From assembly GCA_051294905.1 (NCBI GenBank), contig CM119371.1:34226001-34290000 (forward strand): a stretch of DNA of 64,000 nt, written 5' to 3'. Below are positions 1 to 11,127 of the stretch, piece after piece. The stretch's first letter is position 1; every line of letters starts with the position of its first letter. The translations under genes and the position numbers were made by a program. Below the pieces are notes generated by a model. The model saw only the letters and a program-made list of their open reading frames with translations. It was not told the DNA's origin and did no database searches. Source of the DNA: Botryllus schlosseri (lineage: Eukaryota).

Positions 1-2387
1 TTACTAGCGAAAATAGAGAATAGAGAAACGAAATGATAAGATGCAATACATTACCATTTACAAATTGATATGATACAATTCAAACCTACGCTAATGGATG
101 AGGACTGTATTAACTATATTTGAATTCAATTTCAACAAAACATGAGGTTTGGTTAGGGAAAGAACAGAGAACAGAAATAGACATTTTGCTATTAAATTAC
201 TTTACTGTACTAGTTTACGACAACGTAATCTGTAAAATTCGATCACTTCGTTTGCGGTCAATTTATTTGTGAGAGAACAATGGAGGTTCAGTAAGGCGCA
301 CGATCATTGAAAGACTGGTCGCTCTCACGGGGTGCCTTTATTTTGTGCTAGGAAACTTATGAAACTTATGGAAACTTATGAAACTTATGAAAACTTATGA
401 AACTTATGAAAACTTATGAAACTTATGAAACTTATGGGAGCTTATGAAACTTATGAAACTTATGAAACTTATGAAACTTATTAAACAGAATTTGAAATTG
501 CCTCAACGGATCGGTGATCCGCTAAATGTGTACCACTCATTGAGTAGTGCTCGATTTTGACGACGGATTTCGTTTCTGCCGTTACCCTACCAGTTTATCA
601 GGGGCTGGATATTGGTACTGGTGTTACACACCTGTGACTGGACTACCAGAGACAACGAGACTAGACTCACTAGAGGTTTAACCAGAGCAACGATGGGTGG
701 CAATGGGCAATTGCGCATCAGCGATTATTGGTCGATGTGTGGTGAATCTACCTACATATAATATAATATCATTGGGAACGATAAGAAACAACATATTCAT
801 ACGTCATATATGAGTATATCACGACTTCACGAGTATTTTCAATAATATCCAGAACCGAAAAGGTTGCTTTAAAGATTAGCAGCATAGTTTATCCAAATAC
901 TTGAGTGGCATTGACGTCGAATATTATTTCAAAGACACCAATTCAGGGTCAATCAGCAAACGCGACTGTGTCGCAATCTTAATATGCTAACGCGCCACCC
1001 GATATGATTGCCGCACGGGGAAAGTTCAAGATTGTGCAATGTGCACAATATCTCAGATGCGCTGGTAGACGTCACATTGTTTTGATGTACTCTCTATTCT
1101 CCACAACAGATCATATAAAAATACTAACTCTCCGGACGCGAAGCTTTAATTCTTCCACAATTACGAACAATGTGTATGTAAATTGCAATGTTAATTTAGG
1201 AGAATAGCCTACCAGATACCCTGATTCCGACATAATCGTCTACTTAGAGCGAAATGCTGGTAATCTTCTAATTTATTTCTGATATTTTTCAATGCTTTAC
1301 AATTTTGAATTTAATCTACTTCTGGTTTTCCGGAAAATACTATACAGAACTGTATAGTCCGAAACGAACCGAGCTTGCTGTACAGACATTTGTCATTCTC
1401 GTGCTTATAACAAAGAGCTCTGACTTGGTATGAACTGAACTTATCTCAATTTCCAACTGGTCGCGAAAATTTTCCGAGTTATCCAACTTCACATTGACAA
1501 CGCCCACGGTTTTCACTTGGCATTCGAATTACATTTAAGCAAAGTAAAGGTGAATGAGTCCAGTATAATAAAATTTATTACCAGTCAGGTTTATAATACA
1601 AGATAAAGCGGGTGTATGCATACTGAACTCTCACCATTGCGCTATGAAATAGGCTAAGTAGCATTGGTGTGCGCGATGCCATATGCGTTCATATCAAACA
1701 TGAGACACAGCACATATATGCGAGGACAATAAGGTACGACATATCTGGACGGTTTCAACTAAAATTGATTGGTTATTTACTGGCTTGTATTCATTATGTC
1801 ATTGCGATTGTTGCTATACAATGTTCTTTTCAATTCTCTACTAGCTGCTGACGATTATCCCTGACGTGTTTCAGCCGAGAATATTCGAATTCATTTCAAT
1901 AGGAAGATATTCTTAAATCGAACGGCTCTTCCTCCAAGAGTCTCTTTATCTTCATAAGTTTCTATTAGTTTCATAAGTTTCATAAGTTTCCATAAGTTTC
2001 ATAAGTTTCATAAGTTTTCATAAGTTTCATAAGTTTCCATAAGCTTCATAAGTTTCATAAGTTTCCATAAGTTTCATAAGTTCCCATAAGTTTCATAAGT
2101 TTCCTAGCACAAAATAAAGGCATCCCTCTCACGGGTTACACCAGCATTTAGCGAACAGTCCGACCATAGGCAAGATACAGGGATTTTTATCGACACCAAT
2201 TACTTGATGACTTGAAATTGACTCGTGAATTTGGCTCGGAGTCACGAGTCAATCCACATTTTTGATACGCCGAGTCAAGTCAAGTCAAGTCATTTTAGCA
2301 AAGTGACTCGAGTCAAGTCAAGTCATACGAGAAAGGTGACTCGAGTCTTACTCGAGTCAAGTCATGACTCGAGTCGTCCCAACACTG
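1..2387 (+). mobile_element. hAT-type non-autonomous element (GACTCGAGTC subterminal-repeat family), left part outside the window, interrupted by a foldback-like insertion
   Basis: Right end ...GACTCGAGTCGTCCCAACACTG (2387) and internal segments 1-328 and 2127-2387 align with the complete copy at 11128-12559. Confidence 0.75.
329..2126. mobile_element. Foldback-like non-autonomous DNA transposon with long TIRs built from tandem (GAAACTTAT)n subrepeats
   Basis: Left end GGGGTGCCTTTATTTTGTGCTAGGAAACTTAT plus array (~352-481). Right end inverted array (~1950-2102) plus CTAGCACAAAATAAAGGCATCCC. Flanking direct repeat TCTCAC (extendable to CTCTCACG, boundary ambiguous). The paralogous host at ~12245-12265 lacks the insert. 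Confidence 0.8.
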
Positions 2388-2395
2388 GTGATGAG

Positions 2396-4049
2396 TAGGG
2401 CTATTTATTTTTTGACACGCCAAAATAAGTCAAAATTTCGTGAAAATTGTAGCATCTGGTCAAAATGTTTCAAAATTGTTTACAAAGTCAAAATATTTTT
2501 GAATTCTGTATTTCGTTGGTATCGTAGATTTTCCTCTGTCGTTGAACTTATCATTTGATATTTGACATCTTGTAGCCTACTTTATAGGCCTACCGTTGTC
2601 GACGGCCCATTGTCTGCTCATTATGAATCATAAACGGTCAAATGAAACAAATAGGTTGACATGGTGTTCTGGTCAACGTACCGCATTATCCTAACTGAAG
2701 CAAGACTGCTTGGGCATTACATGGTTCTTATATCAAGAAGCTCATGATGAAGAATTGTGATGACAACATTGTCTGAATGCAGCAACACGATATGTCACCA
2801 GCAGTGTACAGAAAACTTCAGTGTTGTCACCCAACAACTGCTTCTGTTGAACATTTTGTGCCCATTCTTGACAAGCTACTTAGTAAGGACAGACACTTTC
2901 TACCCGAGAATGTTGGAAAGTATCTTTCGTTGTACTACAACAAATTTTAATTATTTCTGTAACAGACCTCCGTCTGTAGTTGATCACACACGATTCAACA
3001 ACGCTGCAGAGACTTTATTATACGTCCGTCCGCCGAAGCGGCCAGAAGCAAAAGAGGAAGTGAAAGCACGATGCGATGATACTATAACTGACGTAAGGGG
3101 CAGTATAGAGCACGGCTGCCACATTATTCCCCACCAAACTTGAGAAGTGCCTATAAAAGCACTCTCACAAAATACAATAAAAAACAGCAACATCAAAACC
3201 GACAAGTCCCAAATCATCAACAAAATCGCAAACACCCGCATGACCACATCACATTAGCAGAACACTAACCCTAAACTAACATCAATGAACAATTCCCTAA
3301 ACTAAAACCCTAACAACGCCGCGCCACATCAACGGGAGAGTCACACGCTCCATCCCCTCTTCATAACATCGGACCGGGAGAGTCACAAGCTCCATCCCCT
3401 CCACGCGCGCTCACATCAGTTCCGCCAGTGAAACAGTCATTACGAAGTGAAGCCATCAGTCAAGTCTTCAAACTTCTCACATCGATGCAAAACTGCTTCT
3501 TCAATCGGTTCAGATAGCCAATGCCGAAATTGAATTTATGAAGTAACGTTTTTAGCGTGCTCGCCATTGTAACAGACCTCCGTCTGTAGTTGATCACACA
3601 CGATTCAACAACGCTGCAGAGACTTTATTATACGTCCGTCCGCCGAAGCGGCCAGAAGCAAAAGAGGAAGTGAAAGCACGATGCGATGATACTATAACTG
3701 ACTTGGGGGCAGTATAGAGCACGGCTGCCACATTTCTACCAGAATACGTGATGTAACTACTGGAATTCTTCGTAGGTCCAAATTTCGTTAAATGAAGTTT
3801 TTTCGTGTAAAATTTTGTCAATTTTTAAATCAAAAACGTTTTTTCATGCCAAAGTACTTTGTAAGGACAGACAGTTGCAACCAGAAATGGAGATGAGTAG
3901 TGCAATTTTAACAATATGTGTGAAAACGCCTAATTTGCATAGGTGCGGTCAAAACTTGGTCAAAATGATTTTTTTTAGGTAAAAAATGTCAAAATTTCAA
4001 TCGATTAGGTCAAAATCGTCTGTTTTTAAGGTAAAAACAAATCGCCCTA
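2396..4049 (+). mobile_element. Non-autonomous TIR element (TAGGGC(G/T)ATTT...AAATCGCCCTA), host of the TRIM
   Basis: Terminal inverted repeats. Homologous copies at ~10400-10982 (-), ~15560-17121 (-) and ~30860-31620 (+). No clear TSD. Confidence 0.7.
2958..3732 (-). mobile_element. TRIM-like miniature LTR retroelement (775 bp, non-coding)
   Basis: Near-identical direct repeats 2958-3123 and 3568-3732 with TG...CA ends and a 4-bp TSD TTTC. On the - strand: PBS-like TGGCGAGC just after the 5' LTR, purine tract GGTGGGGAATAA before the 3' LTR, AATAAA inside the LTR. Empty site visible in the paralog at ~10470-10485. Confidence 0.9.
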
Positions 4050-4131
4050 ATTATCATTTATTGACTAAAATTCCGCTTGAATGATACTGGTATATGAATT
4101 GCCAAAAAAAGCCATAGTAAAGGCTCTAAGT

Positions 4132-4440
4132 CAGTGGTTCTCAAGCATTATAGACACGCCCATCCTTATGATAGTGGAAAATTTGTCCCCCCCCCCCCTT
4201 ATCGCCATATAACAAAATGCAACCAAAATGCTAGCAATCTCAACGGATAGTTTGATGGCATGGAAGCTTATGACTCTTGATGACAGAATTCTCAAATAAG
4301 AAATTCGGACTATAAACAGAACAACAACTATAAATTGGAGGTAAATCACGCGGATTGCAATAAGAAATTTCAGTTTACCACACTTGGCGCCTCCCTTCAG
4401 ATATTATCACGCCCCTAAGGGGGCGTGCCCACCAGTTTGA
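4132..4440 (+). mobile_element. hAT (Charlie/Buster-like) MITE, CAGTGGTTCTCAA family, right TIR truncated
   Basis: Starts CAGTGGTTCTCAA. Related copies at 10148-10400, ~29540-29732, ~40900-41175 and 56962-57278. Confidence 0.75.
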
Positions 4441-4480
4441 TGCACGTGCTTCAACCTTTTTGGGCATCACGCTGCTACCT

Positions 4481-4527
4481 GGGGAGTTCCCTATTGTCAC
4501 TTGTGCCATCCGTTCTTTGTATAAATA
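4481..4527 (+). promoter_or_regulatory. Putative promoter of E2 copy 1: kappaB-like site plus TATA box
   Basis: GGGGAGTTCCC (4481-4491) fits GGGRNNYYCC. TATAAATA at 4520-4527, about 60 bp upstream of the ATG. Confidence 0.55.
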
Positions 4528-4585
4528 GTGTGAGCGGCATCGTCGAGCGACTCAATAGCAGTGAACAACAGCGCCTGACAGATAA

Positions 4586-5110
4586 ATGGCTATCACGAGG
4601 CTCCGGTACGAGTACATGAAATTCTTGCAAGAGCAAGGCGACCGCTCTATTAGAGCAGGACCGATCGACGAATCCGACTTGTATCATTGGTGGGCGACGA
4701 TAGAAGGACCTCCGGGAACACCGTTTGAGGGAGGGATATTTCGAATCATCATCGAATACCCAACAGAATATCCGTTCAAGCCTCCAAAAATGCGATTTCA
4801 AACGACGATTTTTCATCCAAACGTTTGCAAGCGGGGTACGATTTGCGCGAATATTTTGAAAAAGCAATGGTCGCCAGTCATTACGACGTCGAAATTGCTT
4901 TTATCGATATGTTCCCTGCTTGCCGCACCCAATGCCGAAAACCTTACGGATACTGAGAGTGCAATTATGTATCGACAGAACCCTTTGCTATATTCCAAGA
5001 CTGCCAAGTTATGGACGAAGAGGTACGCCATCACTAACGTTCCACCGTCCGGAGAAAATGACCACGTTTGGAAAGCGCAAAGCGAAATCGTCCGTGATCA
5101 TCCCGAATAA
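4586..5110 (+). CDS. Ubiquitin-conjugating enzyme E2, UBE2D/Ubc4-like, intronless (copy 1, 174 aa)
   Basis: Full UBC fold motifs: W..TI.GP.GTPFEGG.F, YPFKPPK, HPN, catalytic Cys87 (TICANIL), QWSP, LLSICSLL. Confidence 0.92.
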   Translation: MAITRLRYEYMKFLQEQGDRSIRAGPIDESDLYHWWATIEGPPGTPFEGGIFRIIIEYPTEYPFKPPKMRFQTTIFHPNVCKRGTICANILKKQWSPVITTSKLLLSICSLLAAPNAENLTDTESAIMYRQNPLLYSKTAKLWTKRYAITNVPPSGENDHVWKAQSEIVRDHPE

Positions 5111-7072
5111 TTTGGTATATTTTGTGTCTCAGTGGGATATTTAACGCCTTTTCTTCATATGGGAGAACGTATGTGGTCGCTTTTAACTCGAAGAAATGAG
5201 TAGGACAATCGGGAATGCTGTTAGTTTTGATTGCATGTCCATTTCCGCTTTCTCGTTGTGTATATTTATTTAGCGTGAATTATCATAATTTATCATTGTC
5301 CTCTTCAGGGCAGATGCAAACGTGATCGCGAACAAATTGTCCAACTTGGTAGAAGTCGGGGGCAGCAGTGCTACGGTAGTACTGTAATCTCCTGCCATGA
5401 ACACCGTAATGGGCGGGATTCAAGGTTATATGACTGAAAGTGAGCCAACCGATTCTGCGCACAACGTCAATATATAAACGTAAACATTTACTGCGAGAGT
5501 AAATCGCGCTTAAAAGTATTTAAAAAGGTCTAAAGTAATTTTCGTTCATAGGGTAAGACTCAGATAAATTAACAGTATTGTTGTATTTCCGGGAGATAAC
5601 ACTAACTCACAAAAATTAGGGAGAATAGGCAACTTCATTTTCGCATCGTAGTAATAGAAAGGTACCATCGTCGAGCGACGATAACGTAGGTCCCTTAAAC
5701 GACGTGGTCAGGAATTTGAGTTATATGAGGACTCGTGGTAGCAAAGACTATTGATTTACAACGTCTCATTTAGCCTGTATGCTCTTTTTTGAGGGAGTTA
5801 CTTTGACTAGCACGACATACGTCTTTTCTATATGAGCTCATTCAAAATGTTCCCATTTAATAATGCCGAAGTGTAACTGACGCGCTCTTAAGAATAGAAA
5901 AGCAAAGATTAAGTAGCTTTGCAGAGACTGACGGAAAGAGTGCGAATTATTTTAATATGTACCGTTCCGGCACGAGCCTCGGCCCTCAATCACGGAAATG
6001 GGTCTTTAGACGCCAATAAAACCGCGTCACAGGAATTTCTAATAACGTTCAATTATGAAAATATCTGTGTATGGCTACTAAGTTACTATGTTAAGGAATA
6101 TATAGCTACTAAGTTAAGGAATATGAACAGTGCAAGCTTGTGCGTGTTAGGCTATCCGTTCGTGTACTAAGATATGATGCCGACTCCATACACCTGCAAT
6201 TCCAAACTAGACGCACTTACTGATATAGTCAGCGCTTGATTTGTGATAATTATCTTGACGAATGCTTGCAGTACGCGTGTAAATACTTAATCAACCTCAA
6301 ACGCGATAGTGTGTTACCAAGTCAATACCGACGCAGTTTATCGATGGTTTCCGAAAAGGGTACGAGTAATGATGACATGAACTGATAACTAGCACATTTT
6401 TCCATACGCCGTTTTCGTTGTCCATTATGATTATTTTGCATCGATCTTCGTACTGTTGTTAATCATGTTTCTTTCTTCAAATCTGTGCCCTTTTTTATAT
6501 TCATTATTTCTGTACATGCAAAAGATTTGTGTTCATAAAAATTCAATTCTGTATTTGTAAATGCTGCTTTCTTCAAGTGTATGCATTTTGTTTTATCATA
6601 CATAATTGCTTTACATAACATGATTGGGGACCTTGAAATTCAATTCTGTGTTGAAAGGCATAAGAGATTTGATGGAATGATCAGGGATAGGTCAGTTTTG
6701 AAATTACAGACTGCATCTTTATGACTACTGCAAAATCACCAATTACACTACAAGTAGGTGCAAATATTGAAAGTGCAAAAAGCAGGTGGTAGCCATGCTG
6801 TTGCGTTCAAGTGGTATTGAAAAACACAAGTATTTGAGGAAGCCTTTGATGTATCCTGATGTTGAAAAATCGTGAATTAATATTTACTCTCAGTCACTCT
6901 TTTGTAAATATTACGTAATCGAAAGTATGATTCGAAAGCGGGTGCAATGGCAGGCATATAGTAGTCCATCAGCCCGTTTAAGTTTGCGACAAGAGGAAAT
7001 GACGTAAATTTGACTTTTCGCTTTCTTTCTCTGAACAATCATCATATTTTCGTAATAACGGTTCGATTAGCA

Positions 7073-8772
7073 CAGTGGTTCTCAACCTTTTTGACCTCGC
7101 GGCACACTTCGAAGATTAAAAATAGTTCGCGGCACACTAGCACAGTGGTTCCGAACTCTTTTGGCTTATGGCACAGGCAAACTACCAGAATCCGTATAGC
7201 AGCAACCATCCTTTTACAGAGGTGGTCACTGACATTTGACGAAGTACTGCTGCCTTTTCGGAGCACTCAAGTAGGCGTTTCTCTGCGTGAGTTTTCTTTT
7301 ATTTCAGCGGACATCTCACAAATGCATCTACGAATGGTATCATTTGACATGGGAATCGTTTTCAATTCTTCCCAAACATTTTTCTACAATTTTATTGCGG
7401 GCCGGAAGAAGAGCTTTCTCCGTTTACGTGTGAGGTTTTGAATTAACGCAGCTATTACCTCTGTTACCACATAACTGGCCTGCTGAGATCTCGTTTAAAC
7501 TTCAGGTTCAGCTTAATTTCATAAGATTGACTTGACAATAAAGTCTGCCCACTACCGCATTGTCGATATAATTAACCATCGCATCGAAGAGTCCATCACG
7601 ATCGCCACTAACAAATACAGAGGTGTTTATACAATATACATGGGTGCCAAACGCATTTCCACGCAGATCGTGTAATAGCACATATGAGGATAGTATACCT
7701 CAATAATCTTACTGGCAGCCACCCGCAGTTCACCTGTAGTTCCAACAAATCGGAATAATAAATCTCAGCGGCGGGGAAATTTGTTACTGATATAATTTGA
7801 TCAACTTTACTTATCAATTCTCGAATTTGTCGCCGGTAACATAACATTGCGCACTGAACCTACATTATACCTGCAGTGCTGACACGCTACCTAACAATCG
7901 TAATGTGAATGGCTATGTTGGCAATTCTAATTTTTAAACGTGAACATCACTTTCAAATGAGTTACTTTCTCGATGGTGAGAATGCCTTCCTAGGTGTTGG
8001 AGGTTTATGTAGGCTCCTACTCGTCCTCCGATCTACAAAGTGTCTTACAAAAAGTGAGCCGTGCTATAAGTTGGCATCTCAGAAATCAAAATATGTAATA
8101 TCGGCATGGTGTAAAATGATAATCGATGACGAAGACGTGGCAAGAATACGACTACAAATAGAAACATAAAAAGGCCATCAACCTGCGTCATGTCCCTGTT
8201 CTACCTACGGTTCTGATGGGAGTCACTTCGGCCACACCTCAATATCCCTATAGATTACTAACCTACGTCGTAGGTGGTCGTAGTTTAATAATCTATAATA
8301 TCCAATTACCCGAGTTTAGTTATCACCGTCCTAAATGGTACTATGTAGGCAAACTAGCATATCACACCCATTGACGGCGGAGGCCCCAATTTGATTCATG
8401 GCAGTGCAGTAGCAAAGCGTTGCAGATTTATTAGACTATCCGCCCCTATACGTTGCTGTGCTCAGAGCGTCTTTACAATAAAAAGCCCTGAGAAAGACCC
8501 AATCCATGACATAATGGGGATGCCAGATTGAAATACTAGTTTGAGATACCATAACTACGGTCGCCTCGACATCCTTATATCTGTTCACTGCATCGGATTG
8601 TGCATCACATGTCTTGATTGGGTAAATTCAATAGAAAAACCACCAACAATGACACACTCAAAATTGGGATTCTTGTTAAACTCAGACATAGTTTACCACA
8701 TTTGCTCGCGGCACACCTGAGCAGTCCAATTGGCACAGTAGTGTGCCGCGGCACACCGGTTGAGAACCACTG
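7073..8772. mobile_element. hAT Charlie/Buster-type element with transposase remnant
   Basis: TIRs CAGTGGTTCTCAACC / GGTTGAGAACCACTG and 8-bp TSD GATTAGCA. The - strand at ~7280-7490 gives decayed ASY..IA..KPHT..IPMSNDTIRRCI Buster-like motifs. Empty site in the paralogous sequence at ~51650. Confidence 0.85.
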
Positions 8773-9983
8773 GATTAGCACGATGTATGAGGATAGTAGG
8801 AAATACCATCTTTGCAGACTCGAATTTTCAAACTGATGTAATTCAAATTTTCTCTCTTCAAGGATTCGAATTCTGAGATAATTTGGAAACACTGAAAATA
8901 TCCCAGTTGCTGCTACCAACTACATTTGACGTAGTTATTTGCATATATTGACAATATTCAGATTTTCTATATCTTCCTGTGATCTCTAGGGTCCTTTCAC
9001 CCCGAAGAAGTTGGTCATGGGCCACATATGGTTCACACCCCAACATTTGGGAGACCGGTCTTGCTTTCGGAGAACTTGCTCAAAACATTCAACCCTACCT
9101 TGATCAAATCCACGGATGGTGCGTAAAGTGTGGCATCGGTTTATCGGTTGTGAAAAAAGAATGGTAAGTCATCAGCTTAGGTATGTGTCATTTTTCGATT
9201 ATTTGGGTGTCACCTTGTCACCGCAAATATTTGTATTTAAGTTTAAGTTATGTTTTCTGAATACGGGTGTCATACGTGTAAATATTGACGAAGTTTGACG
9301 CCCATTTTGAAACTAGATATCTATCGCGCCTCGACATTACGATATTCGCCGAGTGATTTACTTCATGCATTATGAGAGAACCCGCCTATAGGCTACTGTC
9401 TCATTTTACACATCATGTGACCATTTCCAAAACATCTCAAGTATTCCGTCCTCTGCTATATAGAATTTAGGTCTTAGAGGCGTTTCTAAGACATTAAACC
9501 TGCCTTTTGAATGTTAATGCGTGATTTAAAACCATAGGCTGTATCAACCAAACAGGAAATTCGTTTACTTTGACGCCTGCTCATTAATATGGCACGATTA
9601 CGCTGCCTATAATTACCGCGCATGCTGCGTAATCCAGATTCAAAATAAAGACAATGTGACAAAGTATGAGTAACGATCAAGAAATCACTCTTTCCGTATA
9701 GTGTGGGTCAAACCTTTGTTGCCATTGTCACATTACGCATTATACGGTACGTGCCCCAATTGTTATGTGAGGTGTTTCCAAATCCTTAATTCGTAAAACA
9801 AGTCAAACTGTGCTCGCGATTACTATATGACTCATCATATCGATCACCCATAAAGGATGAACTGGCATGTCAAAAGAGAAAGCCGAAAGCTGAAATTCAA
9901 AGGTTTTGGGTACTAAATATTTGTATACTGGAGTTAGAGGTAAACCCGTCCTTTCAGTTTTTTCGGAGCAAGTACGGAGCAAG

Positions 9984-10140
9984 TTGCAAAATGTACTCGT
10001 ACCAGAACCTCGTCATAGCCATTTCGCTGCTGTTGTTCACTGCTATTAAATCGCTGGACGATATCGCTCACGGTGTTTATATAGAGATAAAGATCGGCAT
10101 AAATAGGGAACTCCCCATGTAGCAGATATGATGCCGTAAA
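9984..10140 (-). pseudogene. 5' relic of a fourth E2 paralog (promoter, 5'UTR and first ~10 codons, MAMTRFWYEY)
   Basis: Reverse complement aligns with ~4465-4630: kappaB-like GGGGAGTTCCC (10106-10116), TATATAAA (10076-10083), AATAGCAGTGAACAACAGC, ATG at 10022. Homology ends near 9984. Confidence 0.85.
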
Positions 10141-10990
10141 GTTAGATCAGTGGTTCTCAAACTGGTGGTCGCGCCGCTTTAGGGGCGTGAAAACATCTGA
10201 AGGAAGGTGCGAAACTGCGGTGGTTGCTCCGTTTATAGTCCGAATTTCATATTTGAGAATTCTCTCATCAACAGTCATAAGCTTCCATGCCAGCAACCTA
10301 TTTGTTGGGATTGATAGCATTCTGGTTGCATTTTGTGATATGGTGATAAGTGGGGCGCGAAATTTTCCACTATCATAAAGAGGGGCGTGTCTAAAACAGT
10401 TTTACACAAAATGACTTTATTTTAACGAAATCTGGGCCTATGAAGAATTTCAGTGGTTACATTACGTATTATGGTAGAAATAACTAACATTTGTTGTATT
10501 ACAACAACGAAAGACACTTTCCTACATTATCGGGTAGAAAGTGTCTGCCTTGCTAAGTAGCTTGTCAAGAATACAGAAAGAAGGTTCAGTTTTCACACTG
10601 CTGGTGATATATCGTTCTGACAATGTTGTCAACATCACAATTTTTCATCATGCGCTACTTGATATAAAAACCATGCAATGCCCAAGCAGTCTTGCTTCAG
10701 TTAGGATAAAGCGGGACGTCGACCATAGCACCATGTCAATCTATTTGTTTCATTTGACCGTTTATGATTTAGAATAAGCAGACAATGGGCCGTCGACAAC
10801 GGTAGGCCTATAAAGTAGGCTACAAGATGTCAAATATCAAATGATAAGTTCACCGAAAGTGCAAAACGAAATACAGAAGTCAAAAATATTTGGACTTTGT
10901 GAACAATTTAAAAAAAATTTGATCAAATGCTACAATTTTCACAAAATTTTGACTTATTTTGACCTCTCAAAAAATCGCCCTACTCATCAC
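9984..10990 (-). repeat. Inverted segmental duplication of ~2388-4630 (with deletions, lacking the TRIM)
   Basis: Same order of flank GTGATGAG, TAGGGC element, CAGTGGTT MITE and E2 promoter/start in inverted orientation. Confidence 0.85.
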
Positions 10991-11127
10991 TGATAAGTAT
11001 AGTATAGGCTGTTCTAGTATGGCGTAGAGCCGAGACATATTCCCAAAGTATTCGCTATTTGGAACTTGATTATTAGTGATTTATAACAGATCTGATTTAC
11101 CAGCATATATGAACAGATTGTAAAATG

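Noticed and set aside
352..481. Regular short repeats (also AGTCA/GACTCGAGTC arrays) as a CRISPR-like array or telomere
   Set aside because: No unique spacers. They are subterminal repeats inside TIR elements in a eukaryotic context.
4475..5034. Antisense ORFs over the E2 genes (also 33345-33731, 63206-63397)
   Set aside because: Shadows of the conserved sense CDS. Their boundaries are not conserved between copies.
5666..5678. 13-bp exact repeat CATCGTCGAGCGA of the E2 5'UTR downstream of copy 1
   Set aside because: No flanking homology. Too short to support another paralog or a TSD.
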